NCBI GenBank assembly: GCA_017994695.1
Contig: JAGOKF010000004.1
Coordinates: 10,218 to 74,217, forward strand
From: Myxococcota bacterium
Lineage (GTDB): Bacteria; Myxococcota_A; UBA9042; DTJE01
Direction of reading: 5' to 3'
DNA length: 64,000 nucleotides
Numbering within the stretch: the first letter of the stretch is position 1; the number at the start of each line of letters is the position of its first letter. The notes beneath the pieces were generated by a model. The model was not told the DNA's origin. It worked only from the letters and a program-made list of their open reading frames with translations, and ran no database searches. The translations under genes were made by a program, and so were the position numbers. This document shows, piece by piece, positions 26,448 through 36,089 of the stretch.

Positions 26448-29400
26448 TCAGGGCTCGCCCTGCGTCCTTGCCTTCTCCGCCGAGGGCATCGCCATGTTCG
26501 CGATCTGCTCGTACACCGCGAACCGGCTGACCGCCTCCCGCTGGGCCTGGGCCATCAGTTTCGCGAAGTACTCGGGGTTCTGCCGCTCCACCATCCGGAA
26601 CCGGGTCTCGTTCCGGGCGTAGGCGGCGATCTCCGTCTTCGGGGCCCCCGAGTCCAGTTGCAGGGGGCTCAGGCCCTGGGCGAGCCGCCGGGGGTCGAAG
26701 CGCAGCAGGGGCCAGTGGCCCGACTCCACCGCGAGCCGCTGCTGGTCGGGCCCGTTGACCAGGTCGTAGCCGTGGGCGATGCAGTGGGAGTAGGCGATGA
26801 TGATGGACGGCCCCGGATACGAATCGGCCTCCTCGAAGGCCTTCACGGTCTGGGCATCCTTCGCTCCCAGGGCGATCTTGGCCACGTACACGTTGCCGTA
26901 GGCCATCGCCATCATCGCCAGGTCCTTCTTGGGCAGCGACTTGCCCGCCATCGCGAACTTGGCCGCCGCGCCCAGGGGAGTGGACTTGGACGCCTGGCCA
27001 CCCGTGTTGGAGTAGACCTCGGTGTCCAGGACCAGCAGGTTCACGTCCCGGCCCTGGGCGAGGACGTGGTCCAGGCCACCGTAGCCGATGTCGTAGGCCC
27101 AGCCGTCGCCGCCGACGATCCAGACCGACTTCCGCACCAGGTAGTCGGCCACCCGCTCCAGGATCCGGGCCGATGGGTCCGAGACGCCCTTCAGGATCTC
27201 CCGCAGGGCCTGCACCCGCCGGCGCTGATCCGCGATTCCCTGCTCGGTCGTCTGGTCCCCCTCGATCAGGCCCTGGACCAGGGAGTCGCCCACCACCCCG
27301 GACAGCCGCCGCAGCAGCATCTCGGCCAGGGCCCGGTTCTGGTCGATGGCCAGCCGGAACCCGAAGCCGAACTCGGCATTGTCCTCGAAGAGGCTGTTGG
27401 ACCACGCCGGCCCGCGCCCGTGTTCATCCACCGCGTAGGGCGTCGTCGGCAGGTTGCCTCCGTAGATCGAGGAGCACCCGGTCGCGTTGGCGATCACGGC
27501 CCGGTCCCCGAACATCTGGGACAGCAACTTGATGTAGGGGGTCTCGCCGCACCCGGCGCAGGCCCCGCTGAACTCGAAGAGGGGTCGCAGGAACTGGGTC
27601 CCCTTCACCGTCGGCTTGATCTGGGTCCGGTCCGGGTCCGGCAACGCCAGGAAGAACTCGAAGTTGGCCCGCTCGGACTCCCGCAGGGGCATCTGGGGGG
27701 CCATGTCGAGGGCCTTGTGCTTCGGATTGGCCTTGTCCTTCGCCGGGCAGACCACCGCGCAGAGCTGGCACCCCGTGCAGTCCTCGGGAGCCACCTGGAG
27801 GAGGTACTTCCATCCCTTGTACTCGACCCCCTTGTAGTCCGCCGACTTCAGCGTCGGCGGGGCGTCCTTCAGGGCCTCGGGCGGTGCCACCTTCGGCCGG
27901 ATCGCCGCGTGGGGGCAGATGATCGCGCACTTGTTGCACTGGATGCAGAGAGCCGGGTCCCAGACGGGGATGTCCAGGGCGATGTTCCGCTTCTCCCACC
28001 GGGTGGTGGCCGTGGGCCAGGTCCCGTCGGGGGAGAAGGCCGACACGGGCAGATGGTCCCCCTGGTTCGCCATCATCACCGCCGTGACCTTCCGGATGAA
28101 TTCCGGCGCCTTTTCCGACACGATCGGGGGCCGTCCCCGGGTCGCCGTGACCCGGTCGGGCACCTTCACCTCGAAGAGGTGCGCGAGGGTGTGGTCGATG
28201 GCCTCGTAGTTCTTCTGGACGATGGCGTCGCCCTTCTTGCCGTAGGTCTTCTTCACGGCCTTCTTGATCTGGGCGATCGCCTCCTCCCGGGGCAGCACCC
28301 CCGAGATGGCGAAGAAGCAGGTCTGCATGATCGTGTTGATCCGGACGCCCATCCCGGTGTCCTTCGCCACCCGGTAGGCGTCGATCACGTAGAAGCGCAG
28401 CCTCTTTTCGACGATGTCCCGCTGGACCTCCCGGGGCAGGTGATCCCAGACCTCCTCGGGCCCGAAGGGGGAGTTCAGCAGGAAGGTGCCCCCGGGGACC
28501 AGGGCCCCCGTCATGTCGTACTTGTCCAGGAAGACCCACTGGTGGCAGGCGACGAAGTTCGCCTTGCGGATCAGGTAGGCGCTCCGGATGCGCCGGGGCC
28601 CGAACCGGAGGTGGCTGACGGTGATGGCCCCGGCCTTCTTCGAGTCGTACACGAAGTATCCCTGGCCGAAGTTGTCCGTCTCCTCGGAGATGATCTTGAT
28701 GCTGTTCTTGTTGGCCCCCACCGTGCCGTCGCTGCCCAGCCCGTAGAAGAGGGACCGGATGACGTCCGGGGGCTCGATGTCGAACTCGGGGTCGTAGTCG
28801 AGGGACAGGTGGCCGACGTCATCGTGGATGCCCACGGTGAAGCGGGAACGGGGCGCTTCCTTCCCTGCCTCCTGGTACACCGCCCGGATCATCGCGGGGG
28901 TGAACTCCTTCGACGACAGGCCGTACCGCCCCCCGATCACGGTCGGCATCGCCGCAAGGTGCAGCCGGCCCTGGTGGGCCGCCTCGGTCAGCGTCGCCAG
29001 CACGTCCAGGTACAGGGGCTCCCCATGGGCGCCGGGCTCCTTCGTCCGGTCCAGCACCGCGATGGATCGGGTCGTCCGGGGCAGCGCCGCCAGGAAGTCC
29101 CCGGCGGACCAGGGACGGTACAGGCGCACCCGGACCAGGCCGATCCGATCGCCCCGGGCCAGGGCCCATTCCACGTATTCCTGGGCCGTGTCGCCCCCGG
29201 ACCCCAGGATCACCAGCACCTGCTCGGCCTCGGGATGACCCACGTAGTCGAAGAGCCGGTAGGCGCGCCCCGTGATCCCGGCGAAGCGGTCCATCTCCTG
29301 CTGCACGATGGCCGGGCAGGCCTGGTAGAACGGGTTGCAGGCCTCCCGGGCCTGGAAGAAGACGTCGGGGTTCTGGGCGGTGCCCCGGATCACCGGGTGA

Positions 29401-30035
29401 TCGGGCGTCAGGGCCCGAGCGCGGTGGGCGGCGATCAACTCCTCGTCCAGCATCGCCCGCAGGTCGTCGTCGGCCAGTTCCTCGATCTTCGCCACCTCGT
29501 GGGAGGTACGGAACCCGTCGAAGAAGTGCAGGAAGGGAACCCGGGACCGGAGGGTCGCCGCCTGGGCGATCAGGGCGAAGTCGTGGGCCTCCTGGACCCC
29601 GCCCGAGGACAGCATCGCGAAGCCCGTGTTGCGGCATCCCATCACGTCCGAGTGGTCGCCGAAGATGGACAGGGCGTGGGTCGCGACGGTCCGGGCCGAG
29701 ACGTGCATCACGAAGGAGTTCAGTTCCCCCGCGATCTTGAACATGTTGGGGATCATCAGCAGGAGGCCCTGGGAGGCGGTAAAGGTCGTCGTCAGGGCCC
29801 CGGCCTGGAGCGCCCCGTGCACCGCGCCGGCGGCCCCTCCCTCGGACTGCATCTCGACCACCCGGGGCACGACGTCCCAGATGTTCTTGCGCCCGAAGGC
29901 CGACCACTCGTCCGCCCATTCCCCCATGTTGGAGGAGGGGGTGATGGGGTAGATCGCAATGACCTCGTTGGTGCGATGGGCCACCGAGGCCGTGGCCTCG
30001 TTTCCATCGACCGTGATGATGCGACGCTCTGCCAT
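26448..30035 (-). CDS. nifJ: pyruvate:ferredoxin (flavodoxin) oxidoreductase, single-polypeptide NifJ/YdbK type
   Basis: ATG at 30035 (MAERRIITVDGNEA...), 1195 aa. Two 4Fe-4S ferredoxin motifs (CIQCNKCAIICP, CTGCQLCAVVCP). TPP-binding GGDGWAYDIGYGGLDH. Confidence 0.9.
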   Translation of the reverse strand: MAERRIITVDGNEATASVAHRTNEVIAIYPITPSSNMGEWADEWSAFGRKNIWDVVPRVVEMQSEGGAAGAVHGALQAGALTTTFTASQGLLLMIPNMFKIAGELNSFVMHVSARTVATHALSIFGDHSDVMGCRNTGFAMLSSGGVQEAHDFALIAQAATLRSRVPFLHFFDGFRTSHEVAKIEELADDDLRAMLDEELIAAHRARALTPDHPVIRGTAQNPDVFFQAREACNPFYQACPAIVQQEMDRFAGITGRAYRLFDYVGHPEAEQVLVILGSGGDTAQEYVEWALARGDRIGLVRVRLYRPWSAGDFLAALPRTTRSIAVLDRTKEPGAHGEPLYLDVLATLTEAAHQGRLHLAAMPTVIGGRYGLSSKEFTPAMIRAVYQEAGKEAPRSRFTVGIHDDVGHLSLDYDPEFDIEPPDVIRSLFYGLGSDGTVGANKNSIKIISEETDNFGQGYFVYDSKKAGAITVSHLRFGPRRIRSAYLIRKANFVACHQWVFLDKYDMTGALVPGGTFLLNSPFGPEEVWDHLPREVQRDIVEKRLRFYVIDAYRVAKDTGMGVRINTIMQTCFFAISGVLPREEAIAQIKKAVKKTYGKKGDAIVQKNYEAIDHTLAHLFEVKVPDRVTATRGRPPIVSEKAPEFIRKVTAVMMANQGDHLPVSAFSPDGTWPTATTRWEKRNIALDIPVWDPALCIQCNKCAIICPHAAIRPKVAPPEALKDAPPTLKSADYKGVEYKGWKYLLQVAPEDCTGCQLCAVVCPAKDKANPKHKALDMAPQMPLRESERANFEFFLALPDPDRTQIKPTVKGTQFLRPLFEFSGACAGCGETPYIKLLSQMFGDRAVIANATGCSSIYGGNLPTTPYAVDEHGRGPAWSNSLFEDNAEFGFGFRLAIDQNRALAEMLLRRLSGVVGDSLVQGLIEGDQTTEQGIADQRRRVQALREILKGVSDPSARILERVADYLVRKSVWIVGGDGWAYDIGYGGLDHVLAQGRDVNLLVLDTEVYSNTGGQASKSTPLGAAAKFAMAGKSLPKKDLAMMAMAYGNVYVAKIALGAKDAQTVKAFEEADSYPGPSIIIAYSHCIAHGYDLVNGPDQQRLAVESGHWPLLRFDPRRLAQGLSPLQLDSGAPKTEIAAYARNETRFRMVERQNPEYFAKLMAQAQREAVSRFAVYEQIANMAMPSAEKARTQGEP

Positions 30036-30279
30036 CGATGACTCCTGCGTGGCGGGCCGCCGGGGCACGCCTTGTGGTTTCCCTTGCGGAATCGAAGACT
30101 TGTCGGTTCCGCGACCGGGGCGGAGTCTATGGGCCGGCCCCCGGGAAGTCAAGACGAAAAGGCTCCCCGTTCCTGCCATCTGCGGGGCCGGAGGCGACCG
30201 GGCCGGGACGATCCTTGTCCCGGAACGCTGCCCCGTGAGATACAATGCCCCCCGGCCCGACCCCTGCGGAGGAGAGCGG

Positions 30280-30936
30280 ATGCCCGGTCAACTGGTCCTC
30301 GCGTCGGCATCGCCCCGGAGGCGCGAGTTGCTGGAGAAGGTCGGCTTCTCGGTCAAGGCGATGCCCGTGCACATCGACGAGGAACCCCGTCCCGAGGAAT
30401 CCCCGGAGACCTACGTCAAGCGGATGGCCAGGACCAAGGTCCTGTCGGTGGTGGAGCGCATCCAGCAGACCCTCTACCCCACCGAGGCCGAGGCCCAGCG
30501 CCTCCGGTCGGGACTGATCCGGGAGACGCCGCTCCGGTGGGTCCTCGGGGCGGACACCACGGTGGTCATGGAGGGGAACCGGACCTGCGGCAAGCCCCGG
30601 GACCACGAGGAGGCCGTGGAGATCCTGTCGGGCCTCTCGGGGAGGGAGCACGCCGTGATCACCGGGTTCTGCCTCTACGACATGCGGAAGTCCAAGGAGG
30701 GGCTCCAGGCGGTGACCACCATCGTCCGCATGAAGCCGATGTCCCGGACGGAAATCGAGAAGTACCTCTCGGTGGGCGAGTCGATGGACAAGGCCGGAGC
30801 CTATGCCATCCAGGGCGTGGGGGCCTACCTGGTGGAGCAGATCTCCGGTTCCTACACGAACGTGGTCGGTCTTCCCCTCTGCCAGGTGGTCGAGATGATG
30901 ACCGAGATGGGGGCGACGGACGTCCTGCCCTTCTGA
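30280..30936 (+). CDS. maf: Maf-like nucleoside triphosphate pyrophosphatase
   Basis: ATG at 30280 preceded by GGAGGAG. LVLASASPRRRELL N-terminus and KAGAYAIQG block. Confidence 0.85.
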   Translation: MPGQLVLASASPRRRELLEKVGFSVKAMPVHIDEEPRPEESPETYVKRMARTKVLSVVERIQQTLYPTEAEAQRLRSGLIRETPLRWVLGADTTVVMEGNRTCGKPRDHEEAVEILSGLSGREHAVITGFCLYDMRKSKEGLQAVTTIVRMKPMSRTEIEKYLSVGESMDKAGAYAIQGVGAYLVEQISGSYTNVVGLPLCQVVEMMTEMGATDVLPF

Positions 30937-30963
30937 AGCGAACGCTCCGGGGAGAAGGCATCG

Positions 30964-31680
30964 ATGACCGGCGATCAGACCCCGTTCCTGACCCGACTGG
31001 CCGCGGTGAATGCCCGGATCGAGGAGGCCTGCAGGTCCTGCGGCCGAGACCCCGCGGAGGTTCGCCTGGTGGGGGTCTCGAAGACCCGCCCGGCCGCCGA
31101 GGTCCTTCAGGCCATCGAGGCGGGGCTCTGCGACTTCGGGGAGAACTACGCCCAGGAACTGGAACGCAAGGCCCGGGAGGTCCGGGAGGCCGGCTGCCAT
31201 CCCCGGTGGCACTTCATCGGGCACCTCCAGACCAACAAGGTCCGGCGGGTGCTGCCGCTGCTGGCGTCGATCCACTCGGTGGACCGGCCGTCCCTGGTCC
31301 GGGAACTGGCCGCCTGGAGCGACCCGGACCGCCCCCTGGAGGTCTTCGTGGAGGTGAACCTGGGCGACGAGGAGGGGAAGACCGGAGCCCGGGCCGGGGA
31401 TGCCGAGGACCTGTGCCGCCAGGTGCTGGCAGTCCCCGGTCTCCGGCTGGCGGGACTGATGGGAATGCCTCCCCTGGCGCCCGATCCCGAGGCCTCCCGG
31501 CCCCATTTCCGGAGGCTCCGGAACCTGCTGCATGACCTGCAGCGGCGCCTGCCCGGCCCGCCGGAAACCTTCCGGCACCTCTCGATGGGCATGAGCGACG
31601 ACCTGGAGGTGGCGGTCCAGGAGGGGGCCACCTGGGTCCGGGTGGGGACCGCCCTGTTCGGGCCCCGGAGGACGCCGTGA
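30964..31680 (+). CDS. yggS: YggS-family pyridoxal-phosphate homeostasis protein
   Basis: LVGVSKTRP (PLP Lys), FGENYAQE, WHFIGHLQTNKV, LSMGMSDD blocks. Confidence 0.85.
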   Translation: MTGDQTPFLTRLAAVNARIEEACRSCGRDPAEVRLVGVSKTRPAAEVLQAIEAGLCDFGENYAQELERKAREVREAGCHPRWHFIGHLQTNKVRRVLPLLASIHSVDRPSLVRELAAWSDPDRPLEVFVEVNLGDEEGKTGARAGDAEDLCRQVLAVPGLRLAGLMGMPPLAPDPEASRPHFRRLRNLLHDLQRRLPGPPETFRHLSMGMSDDLEVAVQEGATWVRVGTALFGPRRTP

Positions 31681-33722
31681 GCCGGGAACGCCCCTGGGTC
31701 GCCCCCCTGGTGGAAGCCCTCTTCGTGTCCCTGGGACTGCTCGCGGTCTTCGTCTTCTCGTTCCGGCCCAACTGGGACATCGACATCTTCTGGCACGTCG
31801 CCACGGGGCGCTGGATCGTGGAACACGGCGCCCTGCCCCACACGGACATCTTCAGCGCCAGCGACCCCTCCCGGCCCTGGACGCCCTTCCAGTGGCTCTA
31901 CGAGGTCGCCATGGCGGAACTGGAGTCCCGGACGTCCTTCACGGGCATCCGGGTGATCCATGCCTTCCTGTTCACCGCCACGTTCGCCCTCTGGTGGTGG
32001 TGGTTCCGGCGGATCCTCCGGTCCCGGATCACCGCCGCCGTCCTCTGGTCCCTGGCGCTGGTGATCTCGCTGGACCGCTTCCGGGTTCGCCCGGAGGCCT
32101 TCAACTTCTTCTTCCTGGCCCTCACGCTGCCGCTGTTCCCCCTGTGGCCGTCGCGGTTCCCCCGCCCGTCCCCCCGCACCCGGGCCGTTCTGCTGGCCCT
32201 GATCGGCGCCCTCTGGGCCAATCTCCATGCCGGGGGGGCACTCTGGCTCCCCCTGTCCCTGGCCGCGGTGGCCGCCGGGGCGCTGCTGGCCTGGCTTCCC
32301 GATCGTTCCTCCCCGGACCTCCGGCGGGACCTGCGGGAGGCGGGATGGCTGTTCCTGGTCGCCCTGGTCCCGATGATCCCGATGCCCGGATTCCTGAAGG
32401 GGGTCCACCAGGCCTTCGCGATGTACCAGGAAAGCATGATCCTGATCCCCGAGTGGCACCCGCCCGCGGCCTATTTCCACCCGGCCTTCGGGGGGAGGCT
32501 GACCCCGGCCCACGCGGTCTGCGGGGCCTTCCCCTACCTGCTGCTGCTGGCAATCGCCCTGGTGACGATCCACGGGCTGGTCCGCCACGGCTGGAGGGAT
32601 TTCCTCCGGCGATACCGGGTCGGGATGCTCGCCCTGGCCTGGCTGAACGCCCTGATGGCGGCCAGGACGGCCCGTTTCCTGTACCTGGACGTCATCGCCC
32701 TGGCCGCCCTGCTGGCCAGCCGGGACCGCTGGCCCGCGCCCCGGTGGACGGGCCGCCTGGGAGGCCCCGTGGCGGGCATGATCGCGGTCACCCTGATGGG
32801 CATGCTGGCCTTCGACCAGGCCATCGTGAAGGAACGTGGGGGGCTGGACAAGGCCCTGAAGACCCTCGCCCTGGACCTGGAACCGGGCACCTTCCCGGTG
32901 GAGGCATCGGACACCATCGAGGCGATGGGCCTCCGGGGCCGCATCTTCCATTTCACCTCCTGGGGGGGGTACCTGATCGGGCGCCACTTCCCCCGGTGCA
33001 CCGTCTTCACCGACGGGCGGGGGAACTTCACCTCCGAGGAGAAGGACGTGCTGGTCGCCACCCATCGGCCCTGGGAACGGGAGGAGGCCCTCGAGGAGGC
33101 CTGGCGGAAATACCCGTTCGAAATCCTGGTGTTTCCGGCGCCGGTCTTCCCGGTCCTGGACTGGGACCGGGACCGGTGGGTGCTGGTCCACCGGGACGAC
33201 CTGGCCGAGGTGTTCCTGCGCCGTTCGCCCGAAAACGAGGAGAACCTCCGCCGTGCCATCGCCTGGTGGCGGGTCCTGGGGATCGACGCCCCCGACGAAC
33301 CGGCCGCCGCCGAGGCCCGCTACCTCCGGGTGCTGGCCGAGGAGCGCCTGCGGCGCAAGGAGGTCCAGGAGGCCCTGGCGGAGGCATCCGTGAAGGCCCA
33401 GGACCCGGGATCCCCGAGGCGCCGGGCCGAGGGCCTCTTCGAGGGCGCCCACCTGCTCTTCGAGGCCGGGAGGTACGACCTGGCGGCGCGGTTCTTCCGG
33501 AAGGCCCTGGAGCAGGGGTTCCGCCACTCCACCTGCGGGCTCTACCTGGCCTGGTCCCTCCACCTGTCCGGGAGGGATTCCGACGCCCGGGAGGCCCTGA
33601 AGGCCCACGTGCTGGCTCCGGACCCCGAGGGGAGGCCCGACGCGGGCCCCCTGAAGTACGGGGGGCAGCGGGTGCTGGAATCCCTGGCAAGGAAACTGGG
33701 GGTCGAGTCCCCGGGACGATGA
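31677..33722 (+). CDS. polytopic membrane protein with C-terminal TPR-like soluble region (possible GT-C-like)
   Basis: GTG start overlaps the yggS stop (GTGA). About 10 hydrophobic helices, first-loop motif DIDIFWHVATG...FQWLYE, C-terminal helical repeats. Function not assignable by eye. Confidence 0.5.
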   Translation: MSRERPWVAPLVEALFVSLGLLAVFVFSFRPNWDIDIFWHVATGRWIVEHGALPHTDIFSASDPSRPWTPFQWLYEVAMAELESRTSFTGIRVIHAFLFTATFALWWWWFRRILRSRITAAVLWSLALVISLDRFRVRPEAFNFFFLALTLPLFPLWPSRFPRPSPRTRAVLLALIGALWANLHAGGALWLPLSLAAVAAGALLAWLPDRSSPDLRRDLREAGWLFLVALVPMIPMPGFLKGVHQAFAMYQESMILIPEWHPPAAYFHPAFGGRLTPAHAVCGAFPYLLLLAIALVTIHGLVRHGWRDFLRRYRVGMLALAWLNALMAARTARFLYLDVIALAALLASRDRWPAPRWTGRLGGPVAGMIAVTLMGMLAFDQAIVKERGGLDKALKTLALDLEPGTFPVEASDTIEAMGLRGRIFHFTSWGGYLIGRHFPRCTVFTDGRGNFTSEEKDVLVATHRPWEREEALEEAWRKYPFEILVFPAPVFPVLDWDRDRWVLVHRDDLAEVFLRRSPENEENLRRAIAWWRVLGIDAPDEPAAAEARYLRVLAEERLRRKEVQEALAEASVKAQDPGSPRRRAEGLFEGAHLLFEAGRYDLAARFFRKALEQGFRHSTCGLYLAWSLHLSGRDSDAREALKAHVLAPDPEGRPDAGPLKYGGQRVLESLARKLGVESPGR

Positions 33723-33756
33723 TAGGATCGGCGTTCGGGAGCGAGGAGGAGGTTCG

Positions 33757-34731
33757 ATGAAGACGACGCTGGACGTGTTGCTGCTGCTGGCCCTGCCCGC
33801 CTCGGGCAAGTCGGAGGTCCGCAAGTTCCTGGCATCCCATTCCCCCGAGGAATGCCGGTCGCACTTCTTCCTGGGCCCCACGGTCCAGTTGGACGACTAT
33901 CCCTACGTCCACCTGATGCGCCGGGTGGACGACGAACTGGAGCGGATGGGCCAGCCCCGGGTGTTCTTCCGGTCCTCGGAAGAGGGGTTCCGGGATCCCC
34001 GGGACTGGATCACCCTGATCGAACTGCTGAACGAGGACTGGGCCGCCTTGCATGCCCCCCCGGCCGCCATCCCTCCGCGCTGCGCCGGGGTCCTGCTGGA
34101 CCGGATCGACGGGGCGGCGGCGAAGGTCGGGATCGATCCCCGCCTGGCCCGGATCCGGGAGGACCGGCGGAGGGTGGTGGAGGAGGAACTGGAAACCGAG
34201 AGCCGGATGCTGCTGGAGGATCTCCGCGAAGCGATTCCTCCCTCCCTGGAGGGCCGGACCGTGGTGATCGAGTTCGCCCGGGGAGGACCCGACGGGTCCT
34301 CGATGCCGCTGCCCGATCCCCTGGGTTACCGGGCCTCGCTGCAGCGCCTGGCGCCGGACCTCCTGTCGAAGGCGGCCGTGCTCTACATCTGGGTCACCCC
34401 CGAGGAGTCCCGGCGCAAGAACCAGGAACGGGCCGACCCCTCCCAGCCGGGGTCGATCCTCCATCACGGGGTTCCGCTGCCCGTGATGCTCGGGGAGTAC
34501 GGCTGCGATGACATGGAATGGATGATCGGCCAGTCGGACCGCCCGGGCACCCTCCGGGTCGAGGCCCACGGGCGCACCTTCCACGTGCCCGTGGCCCGCC
34601 TGGACAACCGGGTCGACCGGACCACCTTCGTCCGGGGGCCGAGGAACCAGTGGGACGGGCAGGCCGTCGAAAGCCTCCGGGCCGCCCTCCACGGCGCCCT
34701 GGAATCGCTCGTCTCGACCCCCCGGGAGTGA
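33757..34731 (+). CDS. P-loop NTPase/kinase-like hypothetical protein
   Basis: GAGGAGGAGG SD. Walker A-like LALPASGKSE near the N-terminus (cf. GLPARGKT of 6-phosphofructo-2-kinase). The rest is unrecognised. Confidence 0.45.
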   Translation: MKTTLDVLLLLALPASGKSEVRKFLASHSPEECRSHFFLGPTVQLDDYPYVHLMRRVDDELERMGQPRVFFRSSEEGFRDPRDWITLIELLNEDWAALHAPPAAIPPRCAGVLLDRIDGAAAKVGIDPRLARIREDRRRVVEEELETESRMLLEDLREAIPPSLEGRTVVIEFARGGPDGSSMPLPDPLGYRASLQRLAPDLLSKAAVLYIWVTPEESRRKNQERADPSQPGSILHHGVPLPVMLGEYGCDDMEWMIGQSDRPGTLRVEAHGRTFHVPVARLDNRVDRTTFVRGPRNQWDGQAVESLRAALHGALESLVSTPRE

Positions 34732-34774
34732 GGGGCCACCCGGCCCGGCGTCCGCCCCGGGAAGAATCCCGGCT

Positions 34775-36055
34775 TCAGCGGGAGGCCGCTTCGGCCTTCT
34801 GGATCAGCGCCTTCCAGCGGAGGCAGGCCACGGTCCGGGACCCGCCGCGACAGGCCCGGGCCTTCTCCCGTCCCAGGACCGGCCCCAGGGCCCGCAGACG
34901 GGATCGGACGTCCTCGAAGAACACCGAGTCCTGGGGGATCGAGAACAGGGCCTGCAATGCCGCTTCCAGCCTGCCTTCCGCCTGGTCCCGATCCGAGGCG
35001 GCCAGGGTCTCCGCCGCCCGGCGTTCCCTTGCCAGCCGGTTCTCGATCCGCACGGCCGCCGGGTCCAGGGGATGGGCGGCGAGCACCTCCCGAACCAGCC
35101 GTTCGGCGTCGTCGATCCTTCGCTGGTCCAGCATCCGCCGGGCCTCCTCGATCGTCCCGGCGACGTCCCGGGATCCTTCCCCCGTGCCCTGCCCCGCCGC
35201 CTCGGGTCCCGGCCCGGCACCGTGCATCTCGGTTGCCTGCATCGCCGGGTCGGGTCCCGGCGGACCGCCCGGGACGGGGGCGTTTGACGCCCCGGCCGAC
35301 GTTCCGTCCCCGGAGGTCCCTCTGGCGAACCACCAGGCGGCCCCGCCGGCGGCAAGAACCGCGGCGGCCAGGACCGCGATCCCCAGCCGCCAGGCCCACC
35401 GGAGACGCGCCCGGCGGCTCCGGATCGTCCCGGCCTCGGGCAGTTCCACCAGGAACTCCACGTCCCCGAACCGGAGGCGATCCCCGTTGGCCAGTTCCCG
35501 GGCCCGGATGCGGGAATCGTTCACGAAGACCCCGTTCGCGCTGTCGAGGTCCTCGACGATCACGGAGCCGTCCATCCGCACCAGCAGCCGGGCATGGTTC
35601 CGGCTGACCGAGGGGTCCAGCAGCACCAGGCCGCAGTCCCTTCCCCGGCCCACCATCATCACGTCCTGGGACACCTCGGTCACCTGGTCCCGCACTCCCG
35701 GACTGCGACCCACCAGGCGCATCCGCAGCGCTTCCGCCGCCGGAGCCCGGGGCCCACGGACCCGGATCCGGAACTCCCCGATCCGCAGCACATCCCCGTC
35801 CTCCAGAATCCGCGGCTCCTGAACCCGGTGGTCCCCGATCCAGATGCCGTTGGAGGAACCGAGATCCTCCAGGACCAGGCGCCCCCTCTGGATCGAGAAA
35901 CGGGCGTGCCGGCGAGAGACGCTCTCGGAGGGAAGGACCAGGTCGCACTGCCGGCTGCGCCCGGCCACCAGGATGCCGTCGAGGATCTCCCGCTGGTCCG
36001 AGACGACCCCCAGCCGATCCTCGACGATCAGCCACCAGCCCGACGGGTCGGCCAT
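34775..36055 (-). CDS. tandem-FHA single-pass membrane protein
   Basis: Two full FHA signatures (GRSRQCDLVLPSESVSRRHARF...DLGSSNGIWIG and GRGRDCGLVLLDPSVSRNHARL...DLDSANGVFVN). TM helix WRLGIAVLAAAVLAAGGAAWWF. About 170 aa extracytoplasmic tail. ATG at 36055; a TTG at 36070 is also possible. Confidence 0.75.
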   Translation of the reverse strand: MADPSGWWLIVEDRLGVVSDQREILDGILVAGRSRQCDLVLPSESVSRRHARFSIQRGRLVLEDLGSSNGIWIGDHRVQEPRILEDGDVLRIGEFRIRVRGPRAPAAEALRMRLVGRSPGVRDQVTEVSQDVMMVGRGRDCGLVLLDPSVSRNHARLLVRMDGSVIVEDLDSANGVFVNDSRIRARELANGDRLRFGDVEFLVELPEAGTIRSRRARLRWAWRLGIAVLAAAVLAAGGAAWWFARGTSGDGTSAGASNAPVPGGPPGPDPAMQATEMHGAGPGPEAAGQGTGEGSRDVAGTIEEARRMLDQRRIDDAERLVREVLAAHPLDPAAVRIENRLARERRAAETLAASDRDQAEGRLEAALQALFSIPQDSVFFEDVRSRLRALGPVLGREKARACRGGSRTVACLRWKALIQKAEAASR

Positions 36056-36089
36056 TGCAGGAATCCCCAACGCCGGCGATCGCCCGGAT

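Noticed and set aside
21890-26530. 1546-aa + strand ORF
   Set aside because: Antisense to pilC, pilT, pilB and the DHOD-like gene. No motifs, low-complexity composition.
26307-30041. 1244-aa + strand ORF
   Set aside because: Antisense to the PFOR gene, which has clear ferredoxin and TPP motifs on the minus strand.
30036-30279. TACAAT hexamer at about 30241 upstream of maf, considered as a -10 element
   Set aside because: The best -35-like hexamer (TTGTCC) is 20 nt away, which is outside the normal spacing, and there is no extended -10 TG. Too weak to report as a promoter.
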